NCBI GenBank assembly: GCA_951406725.2
Contig: OX597821.1
Coordinates: 69,750,001-69,814,000 of the forward strand
Direction: 5' to 3'
Length of the DNA stretch: 64,000 nt
DNA from: Octopus vulgaris
Lineage: Eukaryota
Of this stretch, positions 40,416 through 54,636 are shown piece after piece (positions within the stretch are counted from its first letter, which is position 1; each line of letters opens with the position of its first letter). The position numbers were made by a program, and so were the translations under genes. Below the pieces are notes generated by a model. The model was given only the letters and a program-made list of their open reading frames with translations. It was not told the DNA's origin and did no database searches.

Positions 40416-41485
40416 TAAATATATATGTGTGTGTTGTGTTTTTGTGTGTATGTCTACGTACGTATGTATATTTGTATATATCATAGTATGTGCTTATTTC
40501 TTTTCCACCAATATATATATGTATGTGTACGGGTGCGTGTATGTGCATGCATGCATATGTATATATATACATACAAAATGTTTTTAATCCAAGTGGCCAG
40601 ATAAGAAAATAATGTTAATTCTATCCTATCCCTAAGACATTTTAGCCCCGTTTGTGTTTGATATGCTACCAGAGGGAAAGAAATTCTATGTTAATATTAA
40701 TAGTAAAAATTAATAGCTATCACCGGAGCCTCCCTTACCCTTTTGTAGAACTGATATAGGCCTTGGTTCAGTTCAAAATCCACTAGAATCTTTCTCACTA
40801 GGGTTCTCTCGTCATAATGGTATATATATATCGTAACTTTTCCACGTGGTATGCATTTCATTGATTGATTACTACTACGATCTTTTCAAAAAAGGATATT
40901 TCTTTGTATTTACTCAAAGAAGACAGCCATCACTTTTACAAAGCTTTCATTAATGACAAAAATTACAGAGAGTAGCATTTTGTACCCGAGGTAATGAATA
41001 GCCCTCTATGCCAACGTTTTGGTATTTGACACCTTGTTGATGTATGCAGGCATGCATGTATTTATGTATGCATGCATTCATGCAAGCGTGCATGCTTGCA
41101 TTTATGTATGTATGATCTTGTGTATGTATATACATGTAGGTATGTGTTTTTTTTTTCTAGAAGTAAGGACCTAGTTTCTTACAAGGAAACAAAGCTTTCA
41201 TCCGTGACGTTTCCATGATACAACATTAAACTGTCACATACCGAACTTTAAGAAAATCTTGCATTTTCTTACTGTTCCACTTACGGGTTGTATCTGTAAA
41301 GTTCGTGGTATTCTTTCACTTTGTTTCTTTGAATGTATGTATGTACTTATGCATGGCTGTATTTATGTGTATACATACCTACACACATAGACACCCACTC
41401 ACCTACAGGTGTATATATATATATATATATATATAGGGAGAGAGAGAGAAAGAGAGATAAATAGTTAGTAATATACATACATACA

Positions 41486-41514
<29 letters not shown>

Positions 41515-41520
<6 letters not shown>

Positions 41521-42404
41521 TATTCACATAGAAATACAATAAGGGAATTCCAAATAGGAAAGCCTTGTGCTAGAAAGAGCAGTAGAAAACTCAAAACCAC
41601 CAAAAAGGATAAATTTCCGAAACGTTTACCATCTCAATTATTTCCCAGACCATGGTTTCTAACTATTTCCAGCAAGAAAATATTTGCTGAAGGCCAGTTT
41701 CATCAGTGGGACAGCCTTTCGATTTCAAATACACACATAGCCAGATCCACATGTAAAACTAAAAGAACATCAAAGAATATTTAAACATAATTCCTTTCGA
41801 AACTTTATCCTTTTTGGCGGTTTTGAGTTTTCTACTGCTCTTTCTAGCACAAGGCTTTCCTGTTTGGAAGCCTCTTATTGTATTTCTATGTGAATAATAT
41901 ATAGTCTAATGACTAATTCGTTTTTGTGCTAGGTCACTGGTAATAATTTCTTATTACCCGATTGCTATTTATTATGTTTAAATATTCTTTGATAAATTTT
42001 TACCGGCATCCTCTCTGTCGCCGGGTATAATCTGCGTCTGCGCACTGGTCTGAAAGTTAGGATATACAAGCAGTTAGTTTTACATGTGGATCTTGCTGTG
42101 TGTATGTTTGAAATCTAAAGGCTGTCCCACTGATGAAACTGGCCTTCAGCAAATATTTTTTTTGCAGGAAATAGTTAGAAACCATGAACTGGGAAATAAT
42201 TGAGATGGTAAACGTTTTTAATTTTCATTCCTTTCGAAAATTTATCCTTTTTGGTGGTTTTGAGTTTTCTACTGCTCTTTCTAGCACAAGGCTTTCCTAT
42301 TTAGAAGTCTCCTATTGTATTTCTATGTGAATAATATATAGTCTAGTGACTAATTCGTTTTTGTGCTAGGCCACTGGTAATAATAATTTCTTATTACCCT
42401 ATTG

Positions 42405-42407
<3 letters not shown>
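41515..42407 (+). mobile_element. Partial-tandem (437-bp period) non-coding element with an inverted 5' segment, ending in (TA)n
   Basis: Direct repeat 41791-41965 / 42228-42405. 41515-41790 is the reverse complement of internal parts. CTGATGA-AAC-TGGCC (hammerhead remnant without stem II) at 42130 and, inverted, at ~41692-41706. Confidence 0.85.
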
Positions 42408-42439
<32 letters not shown>

Positions 42440-42859
42440 AAAAGGAAAGGTTGAATGGTAAAGTCTGGGCGGCATTTGAACTCTGAACGTGTGTAGCTGA
42501 AAGTAATGTCGCTAAACATTTTGTCATTTTGTCCGGCGCGTTAACGATTATGCCTGTTTGCTGTCTTGTGTGTGTGTGTGTGCGTGTGTGTGCGTGTGTG
42601 TGTGTAAATATTGGTTACACATTTTGATGCAAGACCGGCAATTTCGGGGGAGGAGCTAAGTTGATTACATCGACTGTAATGCTCAACTGGTCCTTGTTCT
42701 ATCGACCACCATAAAGATGAACGGTACAGTCAAACTTCGGTGGAATTTGAAGTCAGAAAGTAAAGACGAACGAAATGCCTGTAAGCGTTTTGTCCGGCAG
42801 GCTAAGATCCTGTCAGCCCGCTGCCTTATGTCTCGGTAGAAGTATTATAGACATAAATA

Positions 42860-43157
42860 TATTTTTTATCTTTTACTTCTTTCAATCATTGCACTGTGAC
42901 TACGCTTGGCCACCGCCTGCCAGCGTTTTAGTCGAACAAATCGACCCCAATGTTAATGTTTTTTTTATAGTCTTGTACTTATTCTGTTGCCGATCCGCTA
43001 AGTTACGTGACCATGAACAAATACCAGTTGCCAAGCATTGTGGGGGACAATTACAAGCAGAAAACACACAGAAACACAAATATATTGATGTATGATGGGC
43101 ATCGGCCACCGAATTTACTCCGAGCTTGTATTAGAAGACCCATGCATAATGTGCCGG

Positions 43158-43236
<79 letters not shown>

Positions 43237-43293
43237 TGTATGTATGTATGTATGTATGTATATATATATATATATATATATGATAGCATGTAT

Positions 43294-43348
<55 letters not shown>

Positions 43349-43645
43349 GCTGTGGGGTAAAATGTTTGCTTCCCAACCGCATAGTTCCGGGTTCAGTCCC
43401 ACAACAGTCCCATTGCACTGCACCTTGGGCAAAGACCTTCTACTATAGTACTATAAGCCTCGTGAGTGGCCAAAGCCTCGTGACCAAAGCCTCGTGACCA
43501 AAGCTTCGCGAATGGATCTGGTACGCGGAAACGGAAAAACACCCGTAGCATTGTGTGTGTGTGCGCGCGCGTGTGTCTTCATGTGTGTGTGTGTGTCTCT
43601 CACTACTGTTTGATAATTGCTGTTGGTGTATTTATGTCCGCAAAT
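42860..43645. mobile_element. Two diverged SINE family 1 copies (minus ~42860-43150, plus ~43345-43645)
   Basis: Recognisable head and tail motifs; local triplication of caaagcctcgtga. Confidence 0.65.
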
Positions 43646-44409
43646 AAGTATCTGTGTGTATGTGTGCGTGTATACAAATATGTATACACATACATTTGCA
43701 CATGCGTACATGCATAAATATAAATATATTTACTCGCACATATGTATAATATTTTCTAAATAAAAAAAAAAATATGCCACATTTCATCCTGCATTCACCG
43801 TTTTCAAACCAGGTTCAACTCCAATCGCCGTCACAACACATCTTATTATTGCAGATAACAAACGCACACACATACGTATGCAGATCTGTTCTCCATTTGA
43901 AATTAGGAAGGACAACAAATCTTCCATCCAGCTTCGGATTTGTAATTAAGTATTTCAAGGGAACTTGTATCGCTTATTCTTCCCCATTCTAAGTACATTT
44001 CCGTCAACGGACTCTAAAGACAATGCTTGGCCTCCCCCCAAGCTTTATTTCCTTCCGGTAGTTTTCAGGCCTTCCTCCGCCCGCCACTATTCTTCACTAC
44101 TCTCTCCCTTTCTCTCCCTCCCTCTCTCTCTCTCTCTCACACACACTCTCTATCTCCTACTCCACTCTCTCTCTCTCCTCCTCCACCCACTCTCTCTCCT
44201 CTCATCTTCCCTGTTCCACTTATTTCTTTTCCAAATTTATCCAGTTGACTTTCAGAATCATTCTTCACGTTTCCTATGCATATATCACTCCTTCTCTCAC
44301 CCCTTGTCCTCCCCTCCTAACCTCTCCCTTCGGCCTCTCCACTACCACCTCATCTCTCTCTCTACGTATATGTGTGTGCTTGTGTGTCTATGTGTATGTT
44401 AAACAGTTG

Positions 44410-45340
44410 TGGTCCTCTGAAACCCAAGCTGCTGCAATACTGGGGCCTTATATGAGATAAAGAAGACAGCATCTTTGGTAGTATGCAGTGCCGTCCAGTT
44501 CTGTGGAATAGCTTTTACTTCCAAAGTCGGGAACTAGAACTTCCAGGATCTTCCATATGTATACCACTGCATACCTTTCTCACCTTCTTTCCAGAAAGTA
44601 GAGCTTCGGTTCTTGTAGCTTCTCCCAGTAACTCATCTGTTTGACCGACTCAGTATACTTTGCGTAGTGACGCTAGATTGCCTCAAGTTCCGCCACCAAT
44701 TTCACGCTCTGTGGCGACCACAGTTGGGAGCAGTCATCCAGACGAGTGAACACAAATGTCCCCGATGGGAGTAGCAATGTATCCTTATTTCTGCTACTGA
44801 ATGATCTAAGGATTCGTCCAGCTACTTGCCTGCACAGTGTTGCCATCCTAGCAAGATGCACAAGGAATGTTGCATCACTGTTCATGTAGATTCCCAGGTC
44901 AAGCACCGATTCTGACTCTGGGATTGCACTGCCCCCTTGTCCTATGTAGTCCAATTATTGTCTGCTTGTGGGCCGATGGCGGAATACTTGAAACTTATCA
45001 GCATTCAACTTGATGTTATTTTCATCAGCTCATTTGCATATCGCATGCAAGTCATTTTCTAGTTTTAATACGTCATCAGGTTCCTTAACCGTCAGAGATA
45101 GCTTTGTATCGTCAGAGTAGCTGGAGGGAGTGGTTGACTATACGACTGAGGGCATGTTTGAAAGAATCATTTCACACAAATAGTGATCCCAGTACAGTTC
45201 TCTGAGGAACTCCGCTGCGAATTGATGTCTCCTCATGGAGAGCACCATTGGCTGCAACTGCCTTACTTCTATACTTTCAAAAGTCATGCAGCCATCCTCC
45301 CAGTTTTCTAGTAATACCAAGGACACGCAGTTTGTGACAT
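44410..45340 (-). mobile_element. CR1-group LINE RT fragment
   Basis: YSDDTKL (~45100-45122), VLDLGIYM, RILRSF, RLDDCSQLWSP..LEAI. Confidence 0.8.
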
Positions 45341-45349
45341 GTCATCCTC

Positions 45350-46130
45350 CGATTGACTTGAAGTCTCCCTCGATGGCTCTGACCATGTACTGCACATGAA
45401 GGTTAAATCAGTTTCTTGCAGCCAATCACCTATCTATCGCTAGCCACAGGGGAATAGGAGCGCAACATTGATTATATAGATCATCAAAATAACGAGACGG
45501 TAGACAGTTTCACCTGTCTGGGCTGCATTATCAGCAACAATGGCGGTAGTGAGACTGACGTCTACCATGAAATTGACAAAGCAGTGCTATATTCCAGAGA
45601 ATGTACGCTGTCTGGTCCTGCACTCCGTCAGTCTGCACACAAAGATAAACATAATTCTATTAAGAGTTCTCTATTTTAATAAGACATGGAAGAGCACCGT
45701 GAAAATCGACAGAAAGCGGGATGTATCCCAATAAAATGGTTTGAGAAACACTCAGAAAGATTCTAAAATGGCTTGAGAAACATTCGAAGGATTCTAAGAA
45801 CGTATTGGCACGAGTACATAACCAATGAATACATTCTAAAGAGAGCAAACACAAAACGAACTTTGTTAAATTCACAGAATGAATATTAAGTTTAAAACTA
45901 GAAGGTTATATCCTTCAATTACAAGAACTACGCCATTCTAAAACAACTTTCAAATGGAGACAACTAGAGAAGAAAAAGAAAGAAAGACAGACTGAAATCT
46001 ACATAGCACGGAACACTCATAACCGATATATTAGAGACCAATATTCTAATGCACGGATGCAGAGAAGAGTGTGGCCAATAGAAACGACTGCCATCAAGTT
46101 GCTGTCCAATGTGTTTGAGATTTATTAGAT
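45350..46130 (+). mobile_element. Decayed RTE-clade LINE 3' fragment
   Basis: ETVDSFTCLGCIISNNGGSETDVYHEIDKA, the post-RT motif of RTE elements. Confidence 0.65.
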
Positions 46131-46475
46131 GAGCTGAAAAATTGCGTCTCTTTGTAACATTATATTGCTCTTTATGTCTCGTAGCAATTGACAGTTAAAT
46201 AAACTGAAATATTGCTTTGGCTGCAACAACGAAACTATAGTAATGCCATTGTCTAGATTAGAAATCAGATCCTTTGGTCTTTGGTTTTTCATTTTATCTC
46301 AGTGCTAACACTGAAATGCTATTCCACAAATTATTAAAAATATGATATATAAAGATTTATAAAATTCCGAATAATGAATGGCTGAGCATATTGAGGAGAG
46401 TGCCAACAAGGGGAGATAATCTAAAGAATCTGCCATCCAGGAAAAGGACAGGTTCATTGTTTGGAGACATGAGAG

Positions 46476-46507
<32 letters not shown>

Positions 46508-46509
46508 TG

Positions 46510-46540
<31 letters not shown>

Positions 46541-47002
46541 GTAAGTATGTATGTATGTATGTATGTATGTATGTATGTATGTATATATGTATGTATGTAT
46601 GTATATGCAAGGCGGCGAACTGAGAGACTCGTTACAGCACCGGATAAAATGATTAGCAGCGTTCCTTCCGGCCTTACGTTCTCAGTTCAAAGTCCACCGA
46701 GGTCGACTTTGCTCTTCTCCGTTTGAGGTTGATAAAACAAGTTCCAGCTGAACACTAGAATCGACGTTATCGACTTGTTCGCCCCACCCCCCACCAAATT
46801 TCAAGCTTTATACCTATAAGGGAAAAGATTCGTAAGTGCACGTGATATATATAAATATGAGTATGTGTATATATGTGTGCCTGTAAATGCATAGGTGTAT
46901 GTATGTATTTATGTGGCTGTGCGTGAGTTTGCACATGTGTTTACGTGTATATCTATAGGTTCCCATTTGTCTGCAGCTCAATCTTTTTGCTTATCTCTGT
47001 TA

Positions 47003-47612
47003 GCACCGCCACCGCCATCGCCACCACCACCACCAACACCACCACCAACACCACCACCACCGCCACCAACACCAACAACAACACGACCACCACCGTCACC
47101 ACCACCACAACCATCACAACCACCACCACCACCACCACCATCACAACCACCACAACCACCACCACCACCACCACCGTCACCACCACCACCACAACCACAA
47201 CCACTACCACCGCCACCACCACCGTCACCACAACCACCACAACCACACCACACCATCACCCCCACCACCAACACGACCACCACCGTCACCACCACCACCA
47301 CAACCACAACCACCACCACCGCCACGACCACCGTCACCACCACCACCACCACGACCACCACCGTCACCACCACGACCACCACGACCACCACGACCACTGT
47401 CACCACCGTCACCACCACCACCGCCACCACCACCGTCACCACCACCACCACAACGACCACCACCGTCACCACCACGACCACCACGACCACCACCATCACA
47501 ACCACCACCACCACCACCAACACGACCACCACCGTCACCACCACCGCCGGCACCACCACCACTGCCAACACCGCCGCCACCGCCAACAACAACAACAACG
47601 TCATCATCACAA
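47003..47612. repeat. (ACC)n-based compound tract
   Basis: Directly visible; source of the poly-Pro/Thr/His/Gly pseudo-ORFs. Confidence 0.95.
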
Positions 47613-48805
47613 CCAGACATAGTCGTCTTCGTTCTATTTAAACAAGATCATCCAACCTCCCTTTTTTCTTTATTAATTTATTTCCTCTCCCCTCAACTCA
47701 TTATTTTTCTCTCTCTTCTCCCCCCCCCTCTCTCTCTCTCTCTCTCTTGTACTATTTCTCTATAACTTCATTTATTCTCTCTTTTCTCCCACCATCTGAC
47801 CAGCTGTTTCATTATCCTCTCTCTCTCCTCTCACTCTTTCCCTTACTCCCTCTATATCCCTCCCACCACTTCTCTGTAATTTCATTTCTTCTTTCCTCTC
47901 TCTTTCCTTCTCTTAAGCTCATTCTCGCCCCCCCCCTATTTCTGTTTATTTACCAATTGACTCGATGCTGTTCGTTGACCAACAATTTACCAAACCCGTC
48001 ATCTCCCTTCCCCTGCCCTACCAACAACCTTCAGCAGTTTTCCGGCAACTTCCTTTCTCTCTCTCTCTCCCAAACTACCACTCACCATCAGCATCATCAT
48101 CTTCACCACCACCATCATTATCATCATCATCTTGATAATCATGATGATGACCATCATCATCATCTTCTTGCTTTCTTTCTCTTTTTCATTCTCTCCCCCT
48201 TTCTCTCCAACACATTCAGTCCTCCGTTCATTCATTCATTCATTCGATTTTCCTTTTCTTTTCTTTCTTTCTTTCTTTCTTCTCCAATTTCCAAGCAATG
48301 GCTGGTTGTTCTGCAATATTCAAAGGGTCGCTTCTTCAAGTGCTTCGCGCACGCGTGCGTAGCGTGGTTTGGCGTGGTGGCATGGGATAAAAAAGATCTA
48401 AGTCATGACTGCCGGTCCTTTGCTGGTCTTTAAACAAATAACAATATAATAAAGCAAAAAGCAAACACGAAACATCAACAAGAAGATGACAAAAAGAGCA
48501 AATTGATTAAAAAAAAAAAATGTTGGACGAGGATGAGCGCGACCCTTTGATTAAAATTTCGCAAGCTCTAAGCCGTTTTAAAGACATCAGCACCAAGTAC
48601 GTTCAAAAACGTCCGGTTACCTTTTTGTTTTCTTTTTAAATGGTACGTTTTTATTTATTTTATGGCCCTTAAGATTATGTACTTAAAGAAAAAAAAATTA
48701 TAAATAAAGTTTGTAATATATGCAAAACAAGAGAATAAAAATGATTAAATGATATGCACGGAAAAAATATAGACTAATCGATATTTCACCAATGATACAT
48801 CAAAG

Positions 48806-48873
<68 letters not shown>

Positions 48874-48882
48874 ATGTATGTA

Positions 48883-50173
48883 TTAGGGTGTTCGGAAAGT
48901 AACTGCGTTTTATATATAAACGAATTGAAACTACGTTTATCTGAATATCTTTAATCAAGAATGTAATCACCATCGTTTTCAACGACTGCAACCGAACGGG
49001 AAAGTAACTGTTTTTTCAAAGAAACCTATTTCTTTTCCTGAAAAAAAGAAAGCAAAAAGAAAAACAAAATGTCTGAAAGACTCTTTTCAACTTCTCTATT
49101 TCTAAATGTTTTTGCCTCGTATAAAATGTTCTGATGATCGGAACAAATGAAAACCCGTAGGTTCTAAGTCAGGTGAGTATGGAGGATGTGGACAAATTTG
49201 CCGTCCTAACGATTATATTTTCCTTGGGCTTGTTTTGAAGAGTGTAGCCATGCATTGTCATGCTGGAGAATAACACCTTTTCTGTTTACCAAAGCTGGTC
49301 ACTTTCGGCGTAATTTTTCATTTACACGATCAAGTTCTTGGCAACAGACATCTGCATTGATGACCCTTCCATGTTCCAGTAGCTCGTAACGGACGACACC
49401 TTTCAAGTTCCACGTTCCACTAAACACAGAACAAGGATTTCTGTGAATGGAGTTCTGGTTTTCGTGTTGGCACTGGCCTCTCATCCCGTGATAACCATTG
49501 TCCTTTTCGTCTTCTGTTATGATGCAAAACTCATTTTTCACCCCATATAACAATGCGCTGCATAAATAACAGTTTGCTATTGTTAGTTAGAAGACAGCTG
49601 CGGATGGTGGAACGTTGTGTTCAGTTCTTAAACGTAAGTTCATATGGAACTCAAATTCCTTCTTCACCTGTTTTTCCAATTTGCTTCAAATGTTTGTGGA
49701 TAGTTGAACATAACATTAAATTTTTGCGCCAAATCTCTGGTGCTCGAAGTGGATCCGATACAAGAGTCTCATTCAAAAGGTCATCATTCAGAGTGGGTGG
49801 CCTTTCAGAGTGGGTCGTCTTACAGAGCGAGGCTTGTCAGATGTATCACGATCGTCATCTTTAAATCTTTTAAACCACAGTTGACGATCTTTCACTGCAT
49901 CAGAATATATTTCAGAAATATTTATCATTGCTTCTGTCGAGATACTTTGCTTTTGAAACTCATACTGTAAGCGCTGGCGAATATGTTGTTTCATAAAGTT
50001 CTTATCCTCCATACGATTAATTACCAAAATAATTATGAATACACGCTGCAAGATAGAAGAGATGATATACTATTTCTAGACAGTTCCCACACATTCGATC
50101 TTGGATCTGGCATGATTAATTGATTCATATTTCATAGTGCTGAAAAAACGCAATTAATTTCCGAGCACTCTAA
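48883..50173 (-). mobile_element. Full-length but heavily decayed mariner (Hsmar1/cecropia-like TIR), 1291 bp, TA TSD
   Basis: TIRs TTAGGGTGTTCGGAAAGTAACTGCGTTTT / AAAACGCAATTAATTTCCGAGCACTCTAA. Minus-strand MEDK..HIRQRLQYEF, WFKRFK, IITEDEK, GVVRYELL, PHPPYSPDL. Confidence 0.92.
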
Positions 50174-50393
50174 TATATATATATAAATTTAATCACAAAA
50201 TATGGATTCACCTAATCCGATGGTACTCATAAAAAAAAAGTTTCTTAATGTATCATTCTACAAAACATAGAATATAGAGTACGATACAAGAGAAAACCAA
50301 TTGTCGTTAAATAATAATTTCCAATAATTAAATAGATTTTATCATACTATATTTATCTGGTAATTTATAACTTCATATATATATATTTAACAT

Positions 50394-50558
50394 AAGCTTA
50401 AAGCTTATAGCGATCACCATGCAAATGACTAAGGAAAATAGTCTAATAATGGGGCATATAAGTCCTCGACAGAAAAAAAAGTAGGTTTTCCCACGCGTTC
50501 GGGAAAGCCTACTTTTTTTCTGTCGAGGGTTTATATGATCGCTATAAGTTTTAAGCTT
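50394..50558. repeat. Imperfect hairpin (inverted duplication with a ~38-nt deletion in one arm)
   Basis: aagcttaaagcttatagcgatca...catataagtcctcgacagaaaaaaaagtagg.tttccc / gggaaagcctactttttttctgtcgagggtttatatgatcgctataagttttaagctt. Confidence 0.8.
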
Positions 50559-50589
50559 GTAAAATAAATACCATTATTATAAAGAAATG

Positions 50590-51880
50590 AAATACAAGGT
50601 CATTATTGTATATTTCAAGCGCCTCAAATTTCTCTTGAAATCAAAACTCAACTTAACAAACCTTGTGACTGCTATCAACATACATCAGTTGTAGTCTGCT
50701 AAAGTGCACCCATCCTGAAATGGACACTAAGATTAACCAATTCGATGGTACTACTCGAAAGACAATGACAATGTATGGTTCCCTCCTCCCTAAGACGAAT
50801 GTACACAGGCCACAGGCTCTACATGGAGAGAGGTAAAGATGGACGTAGGCTGATTAGCATACGGGAATGCATCAGCAGTGAAAGAAGAAACATGGCAGAA
50901 TATTTGGTAAACAGCAAAAAACGAGACCCTGCTACTGTATGCTGCTAATGCAGAACAATTTAACAAAAATGGACTTGAGGGTATTCATGAATTCCAATCA
51001 AAAACAGTCAACGAATGAGAAGAAACCCTACTCCGTATGGAATTACATGGTCAGTTCTACCGTGAAATCAACAGATTAAAAGACCGAGAAGCATCATGGA
51101 GGTGGCTTAACAAGAGTGACCTAAAAAGAATACTGAAAGCCTAATCATCGCTGGCCAGGACCAAGCATTGAATACCAACTTAGTGACAAAAATAGATACC
51201 ACACAGAATATATAGGAAGAGGGTCGAAATCTTAACTTACATTATTTGTGCTTGTGAAAGTCTTGCGCAGAAAGGGTACAAGTGTAGACACGACGAGGTA
51301 GTCCAAAACCTCCACTGGCTACTATACCGTAAGTATGGCTATGAGGTTACGGGTGTCTGGTACCAACATACACCGGAAAAGGTAATGGACGAAAAGGGGA
51401 AGGCAAAAATCGTCTGGGACTTTGACTTCCAGACAGACAAGATATTAGGGGACCGAAGGCCGGATATAGTAACCTTTAGGAAGGACAGGTAAGAGTGCTC
51501 AATAATTGGCGTGGCAGTACCATGTGATCAACATATCATCATGAAAGAAAGAGAAAAGGTTGATAAATATGGATACTTGAGAATTGAGATCGCTAAGATG
51601 TGGCAGCTACGAGAGTCAAACATAAAGGTTATCCCTAGTATCATCTGAGCATTGGGTTCAATCTGAAAGAAAAAACTCCTGAAATCTTTAGAAATACCCA
51701 ACAATCTAGGTGTATTGCAAATGTCGGCATTACTTGGAACTATACGTATATTGTGCAAAGTACAGTCTGTCTGAGATCCTCGTGGCAACTTGACAAACAA
51801 TACAAAAAAAAAAAAAAACAGATAGACACAATATCTTCAATCAACAACTTCGCGATATTGTATACTGTGCGACGTCTATG
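50590..51880 (+). mobile_element. 3' half of an R4/Dong-like LINE, followed by (AAT/GAT)n
   Basis: LHGQFYRE, AGQDQALNT, RHDEV, KIVWDFDFQTD..RRPDIV, EREKVDKY, ALLGTIRIL. Confidence 0.85.
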
Positions 51881-51956
51881 AATAATAATAATAATAATAA
51901 TGATGATAATGATAATGATGATAATGATAATGATAATAATGATAATGATAATAATG

Positions 51957-52019
<63 letters not shown>

Positions 52020-52049
52020 GTGATAATAATAATGGTGATGATAATAATA

Positions 52050-54350
52050 CACGACGCTGAAAAGGAAGTATAATATTGAAAGAAAGGGGCTGAAAATAGT
52101 AGTGGAGGAACTGAAACAGCGCCTCGTTGCAAAGAAAGCAAAGATGGTAAGATACGACCAAAGAATGAAGGGTTACCACCAGAATAGGTTATTCAGAGTA
52201 GATCAGAAGAGATTCTATAAAGAAATAAATGGAGAGTGGACAGATGAAAAGTTTGGGAGTGACATCTGGAGCAAAGACAAGGAGCACAAGAAGGATGCTG
52301 AATGGTTGCAAGAACTGAAACAAACAGTAGTCTGTCCAAAACAGGCAGAAATAGTCATTTCAGTTAGGGAAGTGAAGGAAATCAGAAAAAAAATGAGCAA
52401 GTGGAAAGCCCCGGGACCAGAAGGAGTTCAAGGCTACTGGATCAAAAGATTTGGTGAATGTCATGCACGAATAGCTGAGCAACTCAACACCTTGCTAAAT
52501 GCCGACCAAGCAACACCAGAATGGTTGACATTGGGTAGGACAGTGCTGTACCTGCAAAACATCGAGAAAAAAAAAAGGCAATGCGTTAGACAATTACAGG
52601 CCGATATCCTGTTTGCAACTTATGTGGAAGTTATTGACTGGAATACTCGCAGAGTCAATGTACGAATATCTAGAAAAAATGGAGTCCTGCCACTTGAGCA
52701 GAAGGGTTGCAAGCGTAAGTGCAGAGGTATCAAGGATCAACTCCTGGTTGACAAAACTGTACTCAGAGACTGCAGCAGGAGGGAAAGTAACTTAGCTATC
52801 TCATGGATCGACTATTGATATGATCTCTCATTCATGGATTATGGAGTGTACGAACCTGTTTGGGATTGCATCGAATGTTAAGCGATTGCTTGGAAAAAGT
52901 ATGTAGAATTGGTGGACGGACCTGACAGCATACGGAAGAAGTTTAGGGACAGTAGAAATTAGGAGGGGCATCTTCCAAGGGGACTGTCTGTCCCCACTGA
53001 TATTTGTACTGTGCTTGATAACACTGACACTGATTCTGAGGAAAGCAAAAGCTGGGTATGTATTGAAAAGCCGCCCACAAAAAGTCAACCATTTGTTATT
53101 CATGGATGACCTCAAACTTTATGGTAAAGATGAAGCCCAAGCCAGCTCCCTCGTTGATACGGTGAATACCTTCATTGCTGATATCAGAATGGAGTTCGGA
53201 CTGAGGAAGTGTGGTGTGTTAGTATTGAAGTGAGGCAAAATCAAACGTTTGGACGGGTTAATGATACCGTCGGGAGAGGTTATGAAGCAGATAGAAGAGA
53301 CATGCTATAAATACTTGGGGATACTGGAAATGGATAAATTGATGGAGAAAGAAATGACAGAAAGATTTGAAGTGGAGTATTTGTGCAGACTGAGACTGAT
53401 CATTAAGTCGAAATTAAACGGACAGAATAAGATCGAGGTTATCAACACCTGGGCGGTTTCACTCCTTAGATATGGAGCAGGGATAATCGCATGGACAGTA
53501 GACGAACTAAACAGCTTAGACAGAAAGACAAGGAAGTTGCTAACTAGATATAGGTCACTTCCCAAAAAAGTGACACAGATAGAGTGTGTGTACCAAGTAA
53601 AAGAGGGGGAAGAGGACTTATTGGATGCGAACACAACATTAGAGCAGAAGAATACAACAACATGGTTTGTAAAAAATGCCACAGAACCGCTATTATTAGA
53701 AGTAAGAAGGTCAGGCTTGTGTAGGATGAAAGATTGCAAAGATAAAGCACTATACAAGAAATTGAAAACGAATGAAACTGAAAATAGGTGGGTAAAGAAA
53801 AGAATGCATGGTCAATTTCATAGGGATGTTGAAGATAAGACAGACAGAGAAAAAAGATGGCTGTGGATGACTAAAAGTGATTTAAAACCGGAAACGGAGG
53901 CTCTAATCTGTGCTGCCCAAGTGCAAGCACCAAGAACAAACTTCATAAAATACAGAATAGACAACGCAGCAGAAAGTAATAAGTGCAGAATCTGTGGACA
54001 AAACGGTGAGACCGTATGGCATTTTACCAGCCAATGTACGCCACTATCCCAGAAAGAATATAAGAGACGGCATGACAATATAGCCAGGCTTGTTCATTGG
54101 GCACTTTGCAACAAGTATGGACTTGACAGCAAAAAATTGGTACGACCACAAACCTGAAGGCATCGTCGAAAATAGAAATGCAAAGATCCTATGTGATTTT
54201 ATGATTCAGTGCGACCATGAGATAGAGAATAGGAAGCCGGACATGGTCTTGAGAAAGAAAACAAACTATGCTGGATCATAGATATAGCATGCCCAGCTGA
54301 CAACCGTATGCGATAAAGAAGTCGAGATATATGACAGGTTAGCTTGGGAG

Positions 54351-54355
<5 letters not shown>
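52050..54355 (+). mobile_element. Large internal fragment of an R4/Dong-like LINE between (AAT)n tracts
   Basis: WKAPGPEGVQGYW, GIFQGDCLSPL, LFMDDLKLY, YKYLG, MHGQF, CRICG..ETVWH..C, RRHDN, RKPD. Confidence 0.92.
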
Positions 54356-54396
<41 letters not shown>

Positions 54397-54436
54397 TAAT
54401 AATGCCAATGACGATGTTGATGATGATGATACAGTG

Positions 54437-54636
<200 letters not shown>

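Noticed and set aside
46895-47641. Pro/Thr/His/Gly-rich mucin- or extensin-like ORFs
   Set aside because: All derive from an (ACC)n tract open in several frames on both strands; no splice or unique-sequence support.
48320-48551. 12-bp inverted repeat tcaaagggtcgc / gcgaccctttga around CpG-rich sequence
   Set aside because: Too short, with no TSD or second copy in the window to call a MITE or regulatory element.
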